A DNA stretch of 64,000 nucleotides from Leucoraja erinacea (Eukaryota): the NCBI RefSeq assembly GCF_028641065.1, contig NC_073387.1:22010001-22074000 (forward strand), written 5' to 3'. The notes beneath the pieces were generated by a model that searched no databases, was not told where the DNA came from, and saw nothing but the letters and a program-made list of their open reading frames with translations. Position 1 is the first letter of the stretch, and every line of letters starts with the position of its first letter. The translations under genes and the position numbers were made by a program. Shown in pieces: positions 46,222 through 58,329 of this stretch.

Positions 46222-47227
46222 CTATTTATTGAACATATACACACATGAACCGTGCTCAAGGCACTATGCTAGCCAATTAAATTAAGTATGCAAGAGGCGT
46301 TATGGGTCTGGGATGCGAACCAAAGGTTGGTTGTCAAACTTAAAACCATACTATGATCTAAATATTGTTCACAATGAAGGGAGTTTTTGGAATAAAAACA
46401 TGGAAAACCTGAAAACAGAAACCTGAAAAACAGCATTGTGAATATATTCTTTTGGATGGTCAATATATTACCTTCAGTGTCGTATCGGCACATAGGAAAG
46501 GAAGTGAATGGATAGACAAAACAAGTCCCAATGAAAATGACCAACAAATAGTGGAAAATAAAAGGATGTGTATTACAAAATGCTTGACTTTTTTTTTTTT
46601 TTAAGAGCAGATTAATAATCGTGAAAGATTTCAATCAGATCCAGATTAATTTGGCATCATCTTCAGCACAGGCATTGTGAGCCGAGGGAAGAGGGAGGGG
46701 GGGGGGGGGGGGGTGGGGGGTCCAGTTGTATGTTCTATGTTCTATACACTGGCTCCAGCATAGATGTACAATAGAAATTCAGAACAACTCCTGCATAGTA
46801 TGTATCAGATCCACATGGAAACAGAAGACGTTGGGAGGATAGAAATAAACTTTCGGGCGGTACCCGCGGAAAGAGAAAGCGAGTTAATGTTTCCAGTAAA
46901 TAACCTGTCATCAGAAAGTCAAATTTAATTCCCACTTCACTGTTTCTGCCTGAATACTTCCAGCATTGTATGCACTTCTTGAAATATCCAATATCTGAAG
47001 CACCTTTATTTTTTTTATCTGACCCACAATCTGAAAGCACTCAACAATAATGTTTGAGAACTTGCTTTGTTTGCTTATCTACCAATAACACATGTAGCCA
47101 GAGTAGATAAGCCAACAAAGTGCGGGAAACATAAAGTTTGCCGAACCTGGACACTGGAGCAAGAAAACTGCTGATTGAACTCAATGGAACAGGCAGCACC
47201 TCTGGAGAAAAGAGTTTCATTTATTTT

Positions 47228-47629
47228 TTGAGATTCAGCGCGGAAACAGGCTATTTGGCCAACGGAGTCTGAGCAGACCAACGATCCCCTATACTAGCAC
47301 TATCCTGCACACTAGGGGCAATTTACAACTTATAATTTTTAATTGTAACAATAAAAATTGTACAATTTAAAAAAAATAATGTAGTACTATTAAAATTAAT
47401 TATAAGTGCACAATTGTTTTTTTTATTTACAATTTTAACGAAGCCAATTAACCTGCAAACCTACACGTCTTTTGAGGAGTATTGGAGGAAGCCGGAGCAC
47501 CCGGAGAAAGCGCACGCGGTCAAAGGGAGAACGTGCATACTCGGTATAGACAGGACCCGCAGTCAGGATCGAATCCGGGTCTCTGGTGCTGTAAGGCAGC
47601 AACCCCACCACTGCGCCACCGTGCCGCCC
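47228..47629 (-). mobile_element. tRNA-type SINE with an AT-rich internal insertion
   Basis: Head ends caccgtgccgccc on the + strand; AT-rich block at ~47330-47425. Confidence 0.75.
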
Positions 47630-50042
47630 AAGTAAGGACAACGCATATTTCAGGTGCAAACCTTTAATCTGGCAAGGAATATATGTAAGCAATGTAACAG
47701 ACCACGTACAGGAATATATATTTGCCCTTTCTTGTAATTGGCACGATTCATAGTCACATTTGTCTACTTATTGAAAAGTCTTCAATGTTGCACTTAATGA
47801 TCAAAGAGAGGGGACTGTAGCGGCTGTCCCACTGTTCATACTCCGACAACAACCCAATAAACCACACATATAGATAGGCACGCTTACATCTATGCACATT
47901 TTACGTATGGCCCTTGGTCAAACAAGGGTTTGTGTAAACACTGAGACTGAGAAACTACAGCTGAGGAAACAGTAAGTTAATAAAACCAATGTTGTATATT
48001 ACAGAACGTTTCCTTAATTTGGCAAAGAGAAATTAGCTGATAAAGGGCAGCACAAAATATTGTAACGGGTGAAGTTTTCAGGTTGTCTGTTAATGAGATG
48101 TAAAGAACTTACAAAGATAGAGTTCGAGTTTTAAAGTATTCTTTTATAAATACATTTTAGAAGAATCAAGCACCAAGTATTAATATGGAAATGGGAGAGG
48201 AATTGAACTGTGCGCGTGGGGCGGAGAAGGATATGTTTCATAGCCCTAAAACATAATAAAGGCGAACACAATACAGAAAGATTTAATAACCATTTCAGGA
48301 AAATATTGATCAGAATGATTTACGAAACTGACAGTAAAACAGAAGAATGCATAGAGCGCTTACGTGAGATTTAAGATTGTGACAAGTTACTTAAAATTAC
48401 ACAGAATTAAACGTGCTCCAAGTGAGCGCATTCACGCATTGTGGGGGGAAAAGGATAGTAGAAATAGCACATAGAATACACGCACGTGATAATTGCCTTT
48501 AGGGGGTTGATTGCCAATTATTTCGAATTTTCTGTTTAAAAGTCTAAACAGAACTGGTGAACGTTTTACTAGAATCCTTTCTGATAATGGTAAGAATTGA
48601 ACTGATGGGTACAATGCTGAGGACTATATTGCGCACACGGTATCTCCCCCTTGCTCTACCTACTTTACTTATGTTCGACTTGATTGTATTTATGAATGGT
48701 ATTATCTGATATGAATGGACAGCATGCACAACAATGCTTCTCATTATACTTCGGTACCCGTGAAAATAATAAACATAAATCTATACCTAAAAGTAACATA
48801 ATATTTGCTGAAGATTCTCCAAAATAGGAAGATATCAGGAAAAGTGATCACTGTGAACTTGAAAGGCTCCACGTGAGCTGTAAGATGATAACATCAGATA
48901 ACATTAGAGCATTAGACCAACCTTAATTATGTCATTGGAGAGTAACAAGGTTTATGAGGGAAGGTAGAGGGTGCTACATTTCTGCTGGGCTTTCTTAAAG
49001 TTCCCATGTGGAATTATGGCAAACATTAGAGAATGCGATTTAAATTGATCTGTAGCAAAACGAATCTAGCTATAATGCTCAAAATATACAATAGATAACC
49101 AAGTCAGCAAACGTTTGAAAAGCGTCTGAATCAGGATCCCGACCCCAAATATCACCCATCCTTTATCTCCAGAGATGCTGCCTGATCCATTGATCCGGGG
49201 GTGGTGGAGTCAATACTAGAGATCATACATAAAGAGTCAAGAATAGGTCCTCAATTAATTAATGAGAAACCATTGCACCGAACTGCTGTGCTAACGATCA
49301 CAACTGGTAACGGAGATTAATTATATTAATATATTTAATGGGAAATTTGACAAGCACAAGAGGGAAATATAAAATATGCTGATAGAGCGAGGTAAAATCT
49401 ATGACCATTGTGTGATGCATGAAAGACATTACCCGATTGGAACAAATCTCCGGGTCTGAAACGATACACGATCTAAAACATTAATTACAGCCAACATAAT
49501 ACAAGAGATACAAATAGTTGGCAAAATAACATCTCATTTATCGAATGTTGTAGGCTACAATGTATGCATTACGCTATTTTCTCTATTATGTTTTAAACTG
49601 CTGTTTAATAAAATGGAAATGACTAAATAACTCCAATACATGGCACGTCCCCTTATCAAATTTAAAAGTGACTTTCTTCAGAACCATGGAATAATTTTTC
49701 CTCGTTATTTTTTATAGCTTCAGGTGTAAACCCTGGCCACCTCATATATTGACTATTCTGTTTTAGCAATCTAACATATCAACTAGATTGTCTGCAAACA
49801 GTCTGCATTGGTGAGTGCTAGGGCAAGGTTATCATAAATTACAGACGGGTAGAACATTACACTCATATACTGGCTGTTTCATTTTGATTACAACGTTAGT
49901 GTCAAAATTACATATATGTTGGGCGGGATTAAACGATTTGAGATAGTTGTCGGGAAAAATATATTCGAACGAAACTTGCTAACTCGTAGCATGATATAAA
50001 CAGGAAGAAAGTCCATCCTTGGAGTCACCATAATCTTCTTCG

Positions 50043-52433
50043 TTAACAAGTGCCTTTAGTCACGGCTCCACTGTAGGGTTTCAAGAAAAGAAATTCGCTC
50101 TGGGATGATTCCGGTGACAAACAAACCGAGTAATGGTAACTCTCACGGAAGGGTAGAGTTTGATCCGCTGTACTACAGTTCAAATGATCTCGCTGCGTAG
50201 AACCCCGAGGTAAGGCTTCCTTCGAATTCCTTAGCTTGCAACAACAAACTGTGCACCCGTCAGTTTGAACGATGCCCATATCGTGTTTACACTTCAATAC
50301 AACCAAGAAGACGATGGTCAAAAGGAACAAAACCGAAGTTGATCCGAAGGTGACAATTAAATAAAGATTTATATCGGAGGTATGTCCAGAATCACTTTGC
50401 AACTCCATGTCTTCTGATATTTTCTCACTAACGTTGCCCAAAATCGACATGCGGATTGTAGCTGTACTTGACAGGCTCGGTTGTCCATTATCACTCACCA
50501 AAATGACCAGGGTTTGAGAGGTATCATCATGATCTAAAATGCTTCTCGTTGTTCTGATTTCGCCTGAATTCCGCCCCACGCTGAATAGAGGGGGTTCGGC
50601 TGCTTGAAGTATCCGGAAAGAGAGTCGTGCGTTCTGACCAGAATCTGCGTCGGTTGCCATTATCTTGGTGACCAAGTACCCCTGGCCCGCTGACTGGGGC
50701 ACGATCTGCACGGCTGGTGATCCATTCTGTTCTGAAGGTGAAACAATTACCGGAGTGTTGTCGTTTTGATCCAGGATGATTACATTCACCGAGGCGCTGC
50801 TACTTAATGGAGGCGCCCCGGCGTCACGGGCCTGAACTTGAATCTGGAAGGTTTTGAGCTTCTCGTAGTCAAAGGAGCGCAGTGCGTAAATGGTGCCATT
50901 CATCGAGTCGATACGGAGGTAAGTGGGCTCCAGAGAATCCTGAATATTCCCTCTGAAGGAATAGGAAATGTAGGAGTTCTGGTCCAAATCTGGATCAAAC
51001 GCAGTCGGTGTGAAAATAGAAGCACCCGGAGCGTTGTTCTCCATCACATATAATGTGTAAGAGGATTGGGAAAATTGTGGCGCGTTGTCATTCACATCAG
51101 AAACCGATATCTGGATAGTTTTATTTGTTGACAAGGGGGGAGACCCAGAGTCCCAGGCTATGATATGTACGTTATATAGTGAGGTGATTTCCCGATCTAA
51201 AGCACGACTGGTGGTGACTTTATAATGGTTGGTCTGAGAGGATTGAATTTTAAAGGGAACGCCCATTGTAATGTGACAGTGAACTTGTCCGTTTTCTCCA
51301 GAATCTCGATCAGTAATGTCCATCAAAGCCACCACCGTCCCGGGCGCAGCATCCTCTGAGACCTGCCCAGACAGGGAGGTGACCTTTATCTCCGGGGCAT
51401 TGTCATTTACATCAATTAATTCAATCAGCAATTTGGAATGTCCTGTAATTGCCGGCGAGCCATTATCTACCACTTGGACGTCAAGTTCATAGCTATTGGT
51501 CTCTTCAAAATCCAGCTGTCCTTGAACTTTGATCTCTCCAGTTTCTGGACCTAAACTGAATAACTCACGCACCCTCCGTGGGACAATATTAAGGAAGGAA
51601 TATTTTAACTCGGCGTTAGTACCTTGGTCCAGATCGACAGCTTTGATTTTGCTCACCAAGGTTCCCACGGGTACATTTTCTTCCAATCTTGCCGTGTATA
51701 TTTCCTTCTCAAACACCGGTGCATTATCATTGATGTCTAATACACTGATGTTGATTTGAGTTGTCCCGGATCGCGGAGGGTTCCCGCCATCGACGGCCGT
51801 CAATAGAAGCTGGAAAGATGCTTGATGTTCGCGGTCCAAAGATTTCTCCAACAATAACTCTGCTGTGACTGTATCCTTTCTGGCATGCACCTTCAAACCA
51901 AAGTGCTCATTGGGACTGATAATATACTCATTGACCGTATTTGTCCCCACGTCTGGATCTAGTGCGCTCTCTAGTGGGAAACGAGAGCCCGGTGCAATAG
52001 ATTCGGCCATTTGCAAGAGAATAGCGTTCTCTGGGAAAGAAGGCGAATTATCATTTATATCGACAATCTCCACCTCACCCCGGTACATTTCGAGAGGGTT
52101 TTCTAATATTAACTGGAAGGCAAGCGTACAGGAAGGGCTTTGTTCACAAAGTTCCTCTCTGTCTATTCGGTCCCTGACAAATAGAACGCCGGTCTGTATA
52201 TTTATCTCCAAATACCGTCTTCCGTCAGCAGATGCCAGATGGCATTTTCGAGCTGATAATTCTTCAACGCTGAGTCCTAAATTTTCGGCAATATTCCCAA
52301 CAGAAGAACCATAGTCCAGTTCCTCCGGAACAGAATACCGAATTAGACCCAACCCCTGGTTCGATAGGCAAACAATGAAAATAAAAATCAGCATCAGACG
52401 CATCAAGGCGTTGCTGCTCTGCGAATTCGCCAT
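50043..52433 (-). CDS. Protocadherin variable-type exon V8 (complete, 796 aa)
   Basis: ORF track; six EC repeats, TM, YSVCLSPESSQSEFLFLKP tail. Confidence 0.96.
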   Translation of the reverse strand: MANSQSSNALMRLMLIFIFIVCLSNQGLGLIRYSVPEELDYGSSVGNIAENLGLSVEELSARKCHLASADGRRYLEINIQTGVLFVRDRIDREELCEQSPSCTLAFQLILENPLEMYRGEVEIVDINDNSPSFPENAILLQMAESIAPGSRFPLESALDPDVGTNTVNEYIISPNEHFGLKVHARKDTVTAELLLEKSLDREHQASFQLLLTAVDGGNPPRSGTTQINISVLDINDNAPVFEKEIYTARLEENVPVGTLVSKIKAVDLDQGTNAELKYSFLNIVPRRVRELFSLGPETGEIKVQGQLDFEETNSYELDVQVVDNGSPAITGHSKLLIELIDVNDNAPEIKVTSLSGQVSEDAAPGTVVALMDITDRDSGENGQVHCHITMGVPFKIQSSQTNHYKVTTSRALDREITSLYNVHIIAWDSGSPPLSTNKTIQISVSDVNDNAPQFSQSSYTLYVMENNAPGASIFTPTAFDPDLDQNSYISYSFRGNIQDSLEPTYLRIDSMNGTIYALRSFDYEKLKTFQIQVQARDAGAPPLSSSASVNVIILDQNDNTPVIVSPSEQNGSPAVQIVPQSAGQGYLVTKIMATDADSGQNARLSFRILQAAEPPLFSVGRNSGEIRTTRSILDHDDTSQTLVILVSDNGQPSLSSTATIRMSILGNVSEKISEDMELQSDSGHTSDINLYLIVTFGSTSVLFLLTIVFLVVLKCKHDMGIVQTDGCTVCCCKLRNSKEALPRGSTQRDHLNCSTADQTLPFRESYHYSVCLSPESSQSEFLFLKPYSGAVTKGTC

Positions 52434-52596
52434 TGTTGCTGCGGCAGATTATTCTTTATTATTCGGCCAAAATGTTTCGTGGGTATCTCGTAATAAAACC
52501 TTCTGAGCGATGCGTCTTCGTGCAAAATTTACAAAGGCCGTTTCAGTCGGAGCTGTCCTCTGCAAGCTCAATGGGAAGTCTTTCGGTCTCCAATGG

Positions 52597-52695
52597 GGAG
52601 GGGCAATGGATCTCCCGCGGAGGCTGCGCACCTATTGGTTGCCGGCAACACAACGAGCCCCTGTCAATCAGTACCGAATACAATTCTTAAAGGCA
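52597..52695 (-). promoter_or_regulatory. V8 promoter (variant CSE)
   Basis: GATCCATTGCCCCTCC, CCAAT and CTTTAAGAA are kept; CGCT is replaced by the palindrome GTTGCCGGCAAC. Confidence 0.75.
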
Positions 52696-53159
52696 GACTG
52701 TTCCCGAGAAAATGCGGCGTACAACTAAAATACAGAAATATTGTTAAAAATCATCTGCATTTATACTTTCCATCGAACCTTGGTAAACATTTCAATATGT
52801 TTGCATTTTTCCAGATGGGTCATTTTATGTTATTGATCAATAGTTTTCCAAACAAGCTGTCGCAAAATATACCATTACTTTGGTAGCTTGATTAGTTACG
52901 CAACTACTCTTTGCTGGAAGGATCTATGATCGGTTGATCTGTAAAGGCAACATTTTGGCTTCAGTCTATGCAGGATTTCAGCATGTAAAGCTTTACGGCT
53001 TGGTATATTCTTTTAAGAATACAACGTGGAAAATCTGATTAGACTTAGATGACTGCATGTTCAACCGTGGTCTCAATTACAAGTATTCGCCTTATGCCGT
53101 GACTTGTTATACAGTTACCATATAACTATATCATGTACGCCAACATTCTTGTCATAGGA

Positions 53160-53193
<34 letters not shown>

Positions 53194-53817
53194 GGGGGGT
53201 TCCAAATGCTATTTATGGTAATTAATATTTCTGGAGAGACAGCGAATATCAAGTGTCAAATAAACGATGATTGAGCTTCTGAAAATATCTACACCAGTCA
53301 AGAATATAGTTCATTGTAATATTTCTGTTTAAAAAAAGGGAGAATAAATCCGGTATCACTCATCGTGGCTGAATAATGTTAAAGATTTACAAATGGAATT
53401 CAAGGAGTACACTTAAATTATTTGACAAATTTTATGCCCGAATTCTGAAAGTCACATAACATGCTGGAAAACGCAACAGACCAAGCAGGACATGTGAAAA
53501 GAAAAGGACTTAGAATTTCATTGAGATAGACACAAAAAGCTGGAGCAACTCACCGGGTGAGACTGCATCTCTGGAAAAAATGAGAAAATAATTTTCTCCA
53601 GAGATGCTGCCTGACCTGCTGTCTGACCCGCTGACTTGCTCCATCTTTCTGTTTCTATTTTCAGTTTGAATCAGCATCTACAATTCTTTCCTACACATTC
53701 GTTTCATTATCTAGACGTGATGCTTTTTTGCTTTATTTGCATAAATGCTGCTTTTCTAGTTTGTCTTTTGTGTTTAAGGATAGTAGAAGAGAATACAGGG
53801 AAATCAAGAAACAACAA

Positions 53818-54183
53818 GGCAGCACGGTGGTCCAGCCGTGGAGTTGCTGCCTTATAGCGCCAGAGACCTGGATTGGACGATGCTGTCTGTACGAAGTTTA
53901 TACGTTCTTCCTAGTGTAGATGGTGGCTGGTGTGGGCAAGTTGGGCCGAAGGGCCTGTGTCCACGCTGTGTGAATCATTCCCGTACACTGCCACATTCTA
54001 GCCAATTAACCTATACATTTGTACGTCTTTGGCATGTGGTAGGAAACCGGAGCATCCGAAGAAAGCCCACGCGGTTCTAGGGAGAATGTACGATTCTATA
54101 CAGACAGTACCCGTAGTCAGGATCGAACCAGCGTCTCTGGCGCTGTAAGGCAGCAACTCTGCCGCCGCACCTGTGTGCAGCCC
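53818..54183. mobile_element. Two tRNA-type SINE remnants, tail-to-tail
   Basis: Plus-strand head ggcagcacggtggtccagccgtggagttgctgcc at 53818; reverse head ending ~54183. Confidence 0.65.
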
Positions 54184-54427
54184 GGGTGTTTCTCAGTTTA
54201 TTTGTATTCGCTTCCCCTATCCACGAAAACAAAATAAAAACTGGAAATGTTCAGCAGATTAGGCAACATTTGTGGAAATAACGCATTAAAGCATCACGTA
54301 GGTGACCTGAAACTCAAACTATTTGTGTTTGCACAGGTGCTGATATGATGAATGAGGTTTGACAGGCAATAGTTTTAAAAAACATGGCATCTTGTAAAAG
54401 CCTTTCAGTTTCGCAAACCTTTGTTCT

Positions 54428-56812
54428 TTAGCATCGCCATTGAGAGGCAGATGGATTGTAAGGTTTCAGGAAAAGGAATTCACTCTGGGGTGATTCCCGT
54501 GACTGGCAAGCCGAGTAATGATAACTCTCAGGGAAGGGCAGAGTTTGACCTGCTGCACTACAGTTCAACTGATCTCGCTGCGCAGAACATCGAGGAAATG
54601 CTTCCTTCGAATTCCTTGGCTTGCAACAACAAACTGTGCGCCCGTCAGCTTCCACATCGTGTTTACACTTCAATACAACCAATAGGACTATGGTCAGCAG
54701 GAACAAAACCGAAGTTGATCCGAAGGTGACAATTAAATAAAGATTTATATCGGACGAATGACCAGAGTCATTGTGCAAATCCATATCTTCAGATATTTTC
54801 TCACTAACGTTGCCCAAAATCGACATGCGGATTGTAGCTGTACTTGACAGGCTCGGTTGTCCATTATCACTCACCAAAATGACCAGGGTTTGCGAGGTAT
54901 CATCATGGCCCAAAATGCTTCTCGTTGTTCTGATTTCGCCTGAACTCCTCCCCACGCTGAATAGAGTGGGATCGGCTGCTTGAAGTATCCGGAAAGAGAG
55001 TCGTGCGTTCTGACCAGAATCTGCGTCGGTTGCCATTATCTTGGTAACCAAGTACCCCTGGCCCGCTGACTGGGGCACGATCTGCACGGCTGGTGATCCA
55101 TTCTGTTCTGAAGGCGAAACAATTACCGGAGTGTTGTCGTTTTGATCCAGGATGATCACATTCACCGAGGCGCTGCTACTTAGTGGAGGCGCTCCGGCAT
55201 CACGGGCCTGAACTTGAATCTGGAAGGTTTTGAGCTTCTCGTAGTCAAAGGAGCGCAGTGCGTAAATGGTGCCATTCATCGAGTCGATACGGAGGTAAGT
55301 GGGCTCCAGAGAATCCTGAATATTCCCTCTGAAGGAATAGGAAATGTAGGAGTTCTGGTCCAAATCTGGATCAAACGCAGTCGGTGTGAAAATAGAAGCA
55401 CCCGGAGCGTTGTTCTCCATCACATATAATGTGTAAGAGGATTGGGAAAATTGTGGCGCGTTGTCATTCACATCAGAAACCGATATCTGGATAGTTTTAT
55501 TTGTTGACAAGGGGGGAGACCCAGAGTCCCAGGCTATGATATGTACGTTATATAGTGAGGTGATTTCCCGATCTAACGCACGACTGGTCGTCATTTTATA
55601 ATGGTTGTCCAGAGAGGATTGAATTTTAAAGGGAACGCCCAATGTAATATGACAGTGAACCTCTCCGTTTTCTCCAGAATCTCGATCAGTAATATCCATC
55701 AAAGCCACCACCGTCCCGGGCGCAGCATCCTCGGAGACTTGCCCAGACAGGGAGGTGACCTTTATCTCCGGGGCATTGTCATTTACATCAATCAATCTGA
55801 TCAAAATCTTGGAATGTCCAGTAATCGCAGGCGTACCATTATCCTCAGCTTGGACATCAAGTTCATAGCTGTTCGTCTCCTCAAAATCGAGCTGTTCTTG
55901 AACTTTGATCTCTCCACTTTCAGGATCCAAGCTGAACGGCTCACGTACTCGCTCTGGAACAAGATTAACGAAGGAGTATTTTAATTCAGCATTCGTACCT
56001 TGATCCAGATCGATAGCTTTAATCTTGACCACTAAAGTACCCACAGGTGCGTTTTCTTCTAGGTTTGCCGTATACACTTCGTTCTCGAATACGGGCGCAT
56101 TATCATTGTTGTCCAGTACGCTGATGTTGATCTGTATGGTCCCGGATCTCGAAGGCGTGCCTCCATCAATGGCCATCAGGGCAAGCTGAAAGGATGCCTC
56201 CTGTTCGCGGTCCAATGATTTCTCCAACACCAGCTCCGCAATTTTTGTGCCATCCTCTCTGACGTTCACGTTCAACCCGAATTGGTCATTGCGACTGATA
56301 GTATACTCAGTGACCGCATTTGTCCCCACGTCTGGATCGAGCGCTCTCTCCAGTGGGAAGCGAGAGCCCGGTGCAATAGATTCGGCCATTTGCAAGAGAA
56401 TGGCGTTCTCTGGGAAAGAGGGCGAATTATCATTTATATCGACAATCTCCACCTCACCCCGGTACATTTCGAGGGGGGTTTCTAATATTATCTGGAAAGC
56501 AATTGTACAATAAGGACTCTGTGCACAAAGCTGCTCTCTGTCTATCCGACTACTGACAAACAAGACGCCAGTGTTCACATTTACCTCCAAATACTGCCTT
56601 TCTTCGGCGGAGACCAGGCGACATTTTCGAGCTGATAATTGTCGAACGGTTATTCGCAAATTTTCAGCGATATTCCCAACAGAGTAGCCATATTCCATTT
56701 CTTCAGGGATTGAATAACGTATCAGTCCAAGCCCCAGGTGCAATGCATGTAGAATGAAAATTAAAACCATTGCCCTAAATTCCAAGGCGTTGTTTTGCTG
56801 CGAATTCGCCAT
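54428..56812 (-). CDS. Protocadherin variable-type exon V9 (complete)
   Basis: ORF 54428-57043; likely start ACAATGGCG at 56812 (MANSQQNNAL). Confidence 0.95.
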   Translation of the reverse strand: MANSQQNNALEFRAMVLIFILHALHLGLGLIRYSIPEEMEYGYSVGNIAENLRITVRQLSARKCRLVSAEERQYLEVNVNTGVLFVSSRIDREQLCAQSPYCTIAFQIILETPLEMYRGEVEIVDINDNSPSFPENAILLQMAESIAPGSRFPLERALDPDVGTNAVTEYTISRNDQFGLNVNVREDGTKIAELVLEKSLDREQEASFQLALMAIDGGTPSRSGTIQINISVLDNNDNAPVFENEVYTANLEENAPVGTLVVKIKAIDLDQGTNAELKYSFVNLVPERVREPFSLDPESGEIKVQEQLDFEETNSYELDVQAEDNGTPAITGHSKILIRLIDVNDNAPEIKVTSLSGQVSEDAAPGTVVALMDITDRDSGENGEVHCHITLGVPFKIQSSLDNHYKMTTSRALDREITSLYNVHIIAWDSGSPPLSTNKTIQISVSDVNDNAPQFSQSSYTLYVMENNAPGASIFTPTAFDPDLDQNSYISYSFRGNIQDSLEPTYLRIDSMNGTIYALRSFDYEKLKTFQIQVQARDAGAPPLSSSASVNVIILDQNDNTPVIVSPSEQNGSPAVQIVPQSAGQGYLVTKIMATDADSGQNARLSFRILQAADPTLFSVGRSSGEIRTTRSILGHDDTSQTLVILVSDNGQPSLSSTATIRMSILGNVSEKISEDMDLHNDSGHSSDINLYLIVTFGSTSVLFLLTIVLLVVLKCKHDVEADGRTVCCCKPRNSKEAFPRCSAQRDQLNCSAAGQTLPFPESYHYSACQSRESPQSEFLFLKPYNPSASQWRC

Positions 56813-56986
56813 TGTCTCTGCTGCACTTTGTTTCAAATCTGGCAAATCCTTGCAAGCGCTGTCCCAGCAACGGGATAAACTGACCGATTGTACGTGCTTG
56901 CTAACAAACCTCAACCTGCGTTTATATTTTTTCGACCTGTATATAGCATTCCGAATTGGAGTCCTTTTCGGTTTATTCACCAAAGG

Positions 56987-57085
56987 GGAGGGGCAATGGA
57001 TCTCCCGCTGAACGCGGCTGGCTATTGGTTGCCTGCGACACAACGAGCCCCTGTCAATAACGGCAGACTGCGTTTCTTAAAGCTG
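56987..57085 (-). promoter_or_regulatory. V9 promoter (variant CSE, CGCA)
   Basis: GTGTCGCAGGCAACCAAT...GATCCATTGCCCCTCC; CTTTAAGAA upstream. Confidence 0.75.
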
Positions 57086-58329
57086 GTATTATCCCGAATT
57101 GCGCTTTTCAACCAAAATTTGCCATCGTTGATATAGTCGGCTGCACTGAATCATTTGAAACATTTTATACCGAATTCGGTTTCATCCTTCTTTCGATATT
57201 ATTTATCAGTTGCAAATTGTAACGGGTATTTTGCCCCCCTAATTACCAACAGCTGCTATTTCCACCAACCAGTTGGATGTTCAAAGGTAACATGTAACCT
57301 GTATTCATTAATGATTTTGTATTTGAAGCTTTTCAGAATAATCCATTCTAACACCAAAAGGCAATGACAGCTCTGATGAGCCTTTGGAGACATTACAATT
57401 AATTCATGTCCAAATAGTCCAAAGTGTCCAACAAGACATGAAAGTATTTGGACCATTCCATTTAGCCTTGGTTAATATGCACATAAATCCCTTCTGGGTA
57501 CTATATTGCAAATAATTGCAAAGATATATTTTTAAAGAAAATCAGCATAAAGAGAATAGTATAAAATGCCGAGCAAGATCACAACACAGTTGACGCTAAA
57601 TTAAAGGTGGACTCAACATTCTGGAGTAACAGCGGGACAGGCAGCATCTCTGGAGAAAATGAATCTTCTCCAGAGATGCTGTCTGTCCCGTTAAGTTACT
57701 CCAGCATTTTGTGTCTATCTTCGATTTAAACCAGCATCTGCAGTTCTCTCCTGCAGTTACATTAATATGCACTAATAGTTGCGATTAATAAGTTATAAAA
57801 CTGATAGATCGTGTAGGAACTGGGGTAGATGAAGAATATCATAGCAAGTTTAATATTCCTAAGAGTCCACAGAGTCAGGAGTCAAGAATATTTATTATAA
57901 TGTGTCCCTAAACGGAGTAATGCAATTCATACTTGAAGCAGCACGACAGTTATGCAAACATAGTATTTAGTTGATACCAAAATAACCTACAAAAAGAAGT
58001 ACAATGTTTCAAATATATACATATATGTATGGTGCAAAACAAAAACAAACCTCGAATTCATTTGTGAAATTATGGTAGTTCGTAGTTCGGAGTTAAATTA
58101 GAGTTCGTAGTGTTCAATAGCCTGATGATTGTTGTGAAAAGGCTATTCCTGAAGCTGGGCATTGCAATTTTCAGGCTCCTATACCCTCTTCCAGTTGGCA
58201 GGAGTGAAACGAGAGCGGAACTTTATGGAATTCCTTAACTAATTATTCCAACAGTTTTTAAACGGGGAGATATAATATCCATAATTGTATTTATGTAGGT
58301 TAGCCAGATGAAAATATGGGCCTAATCCC

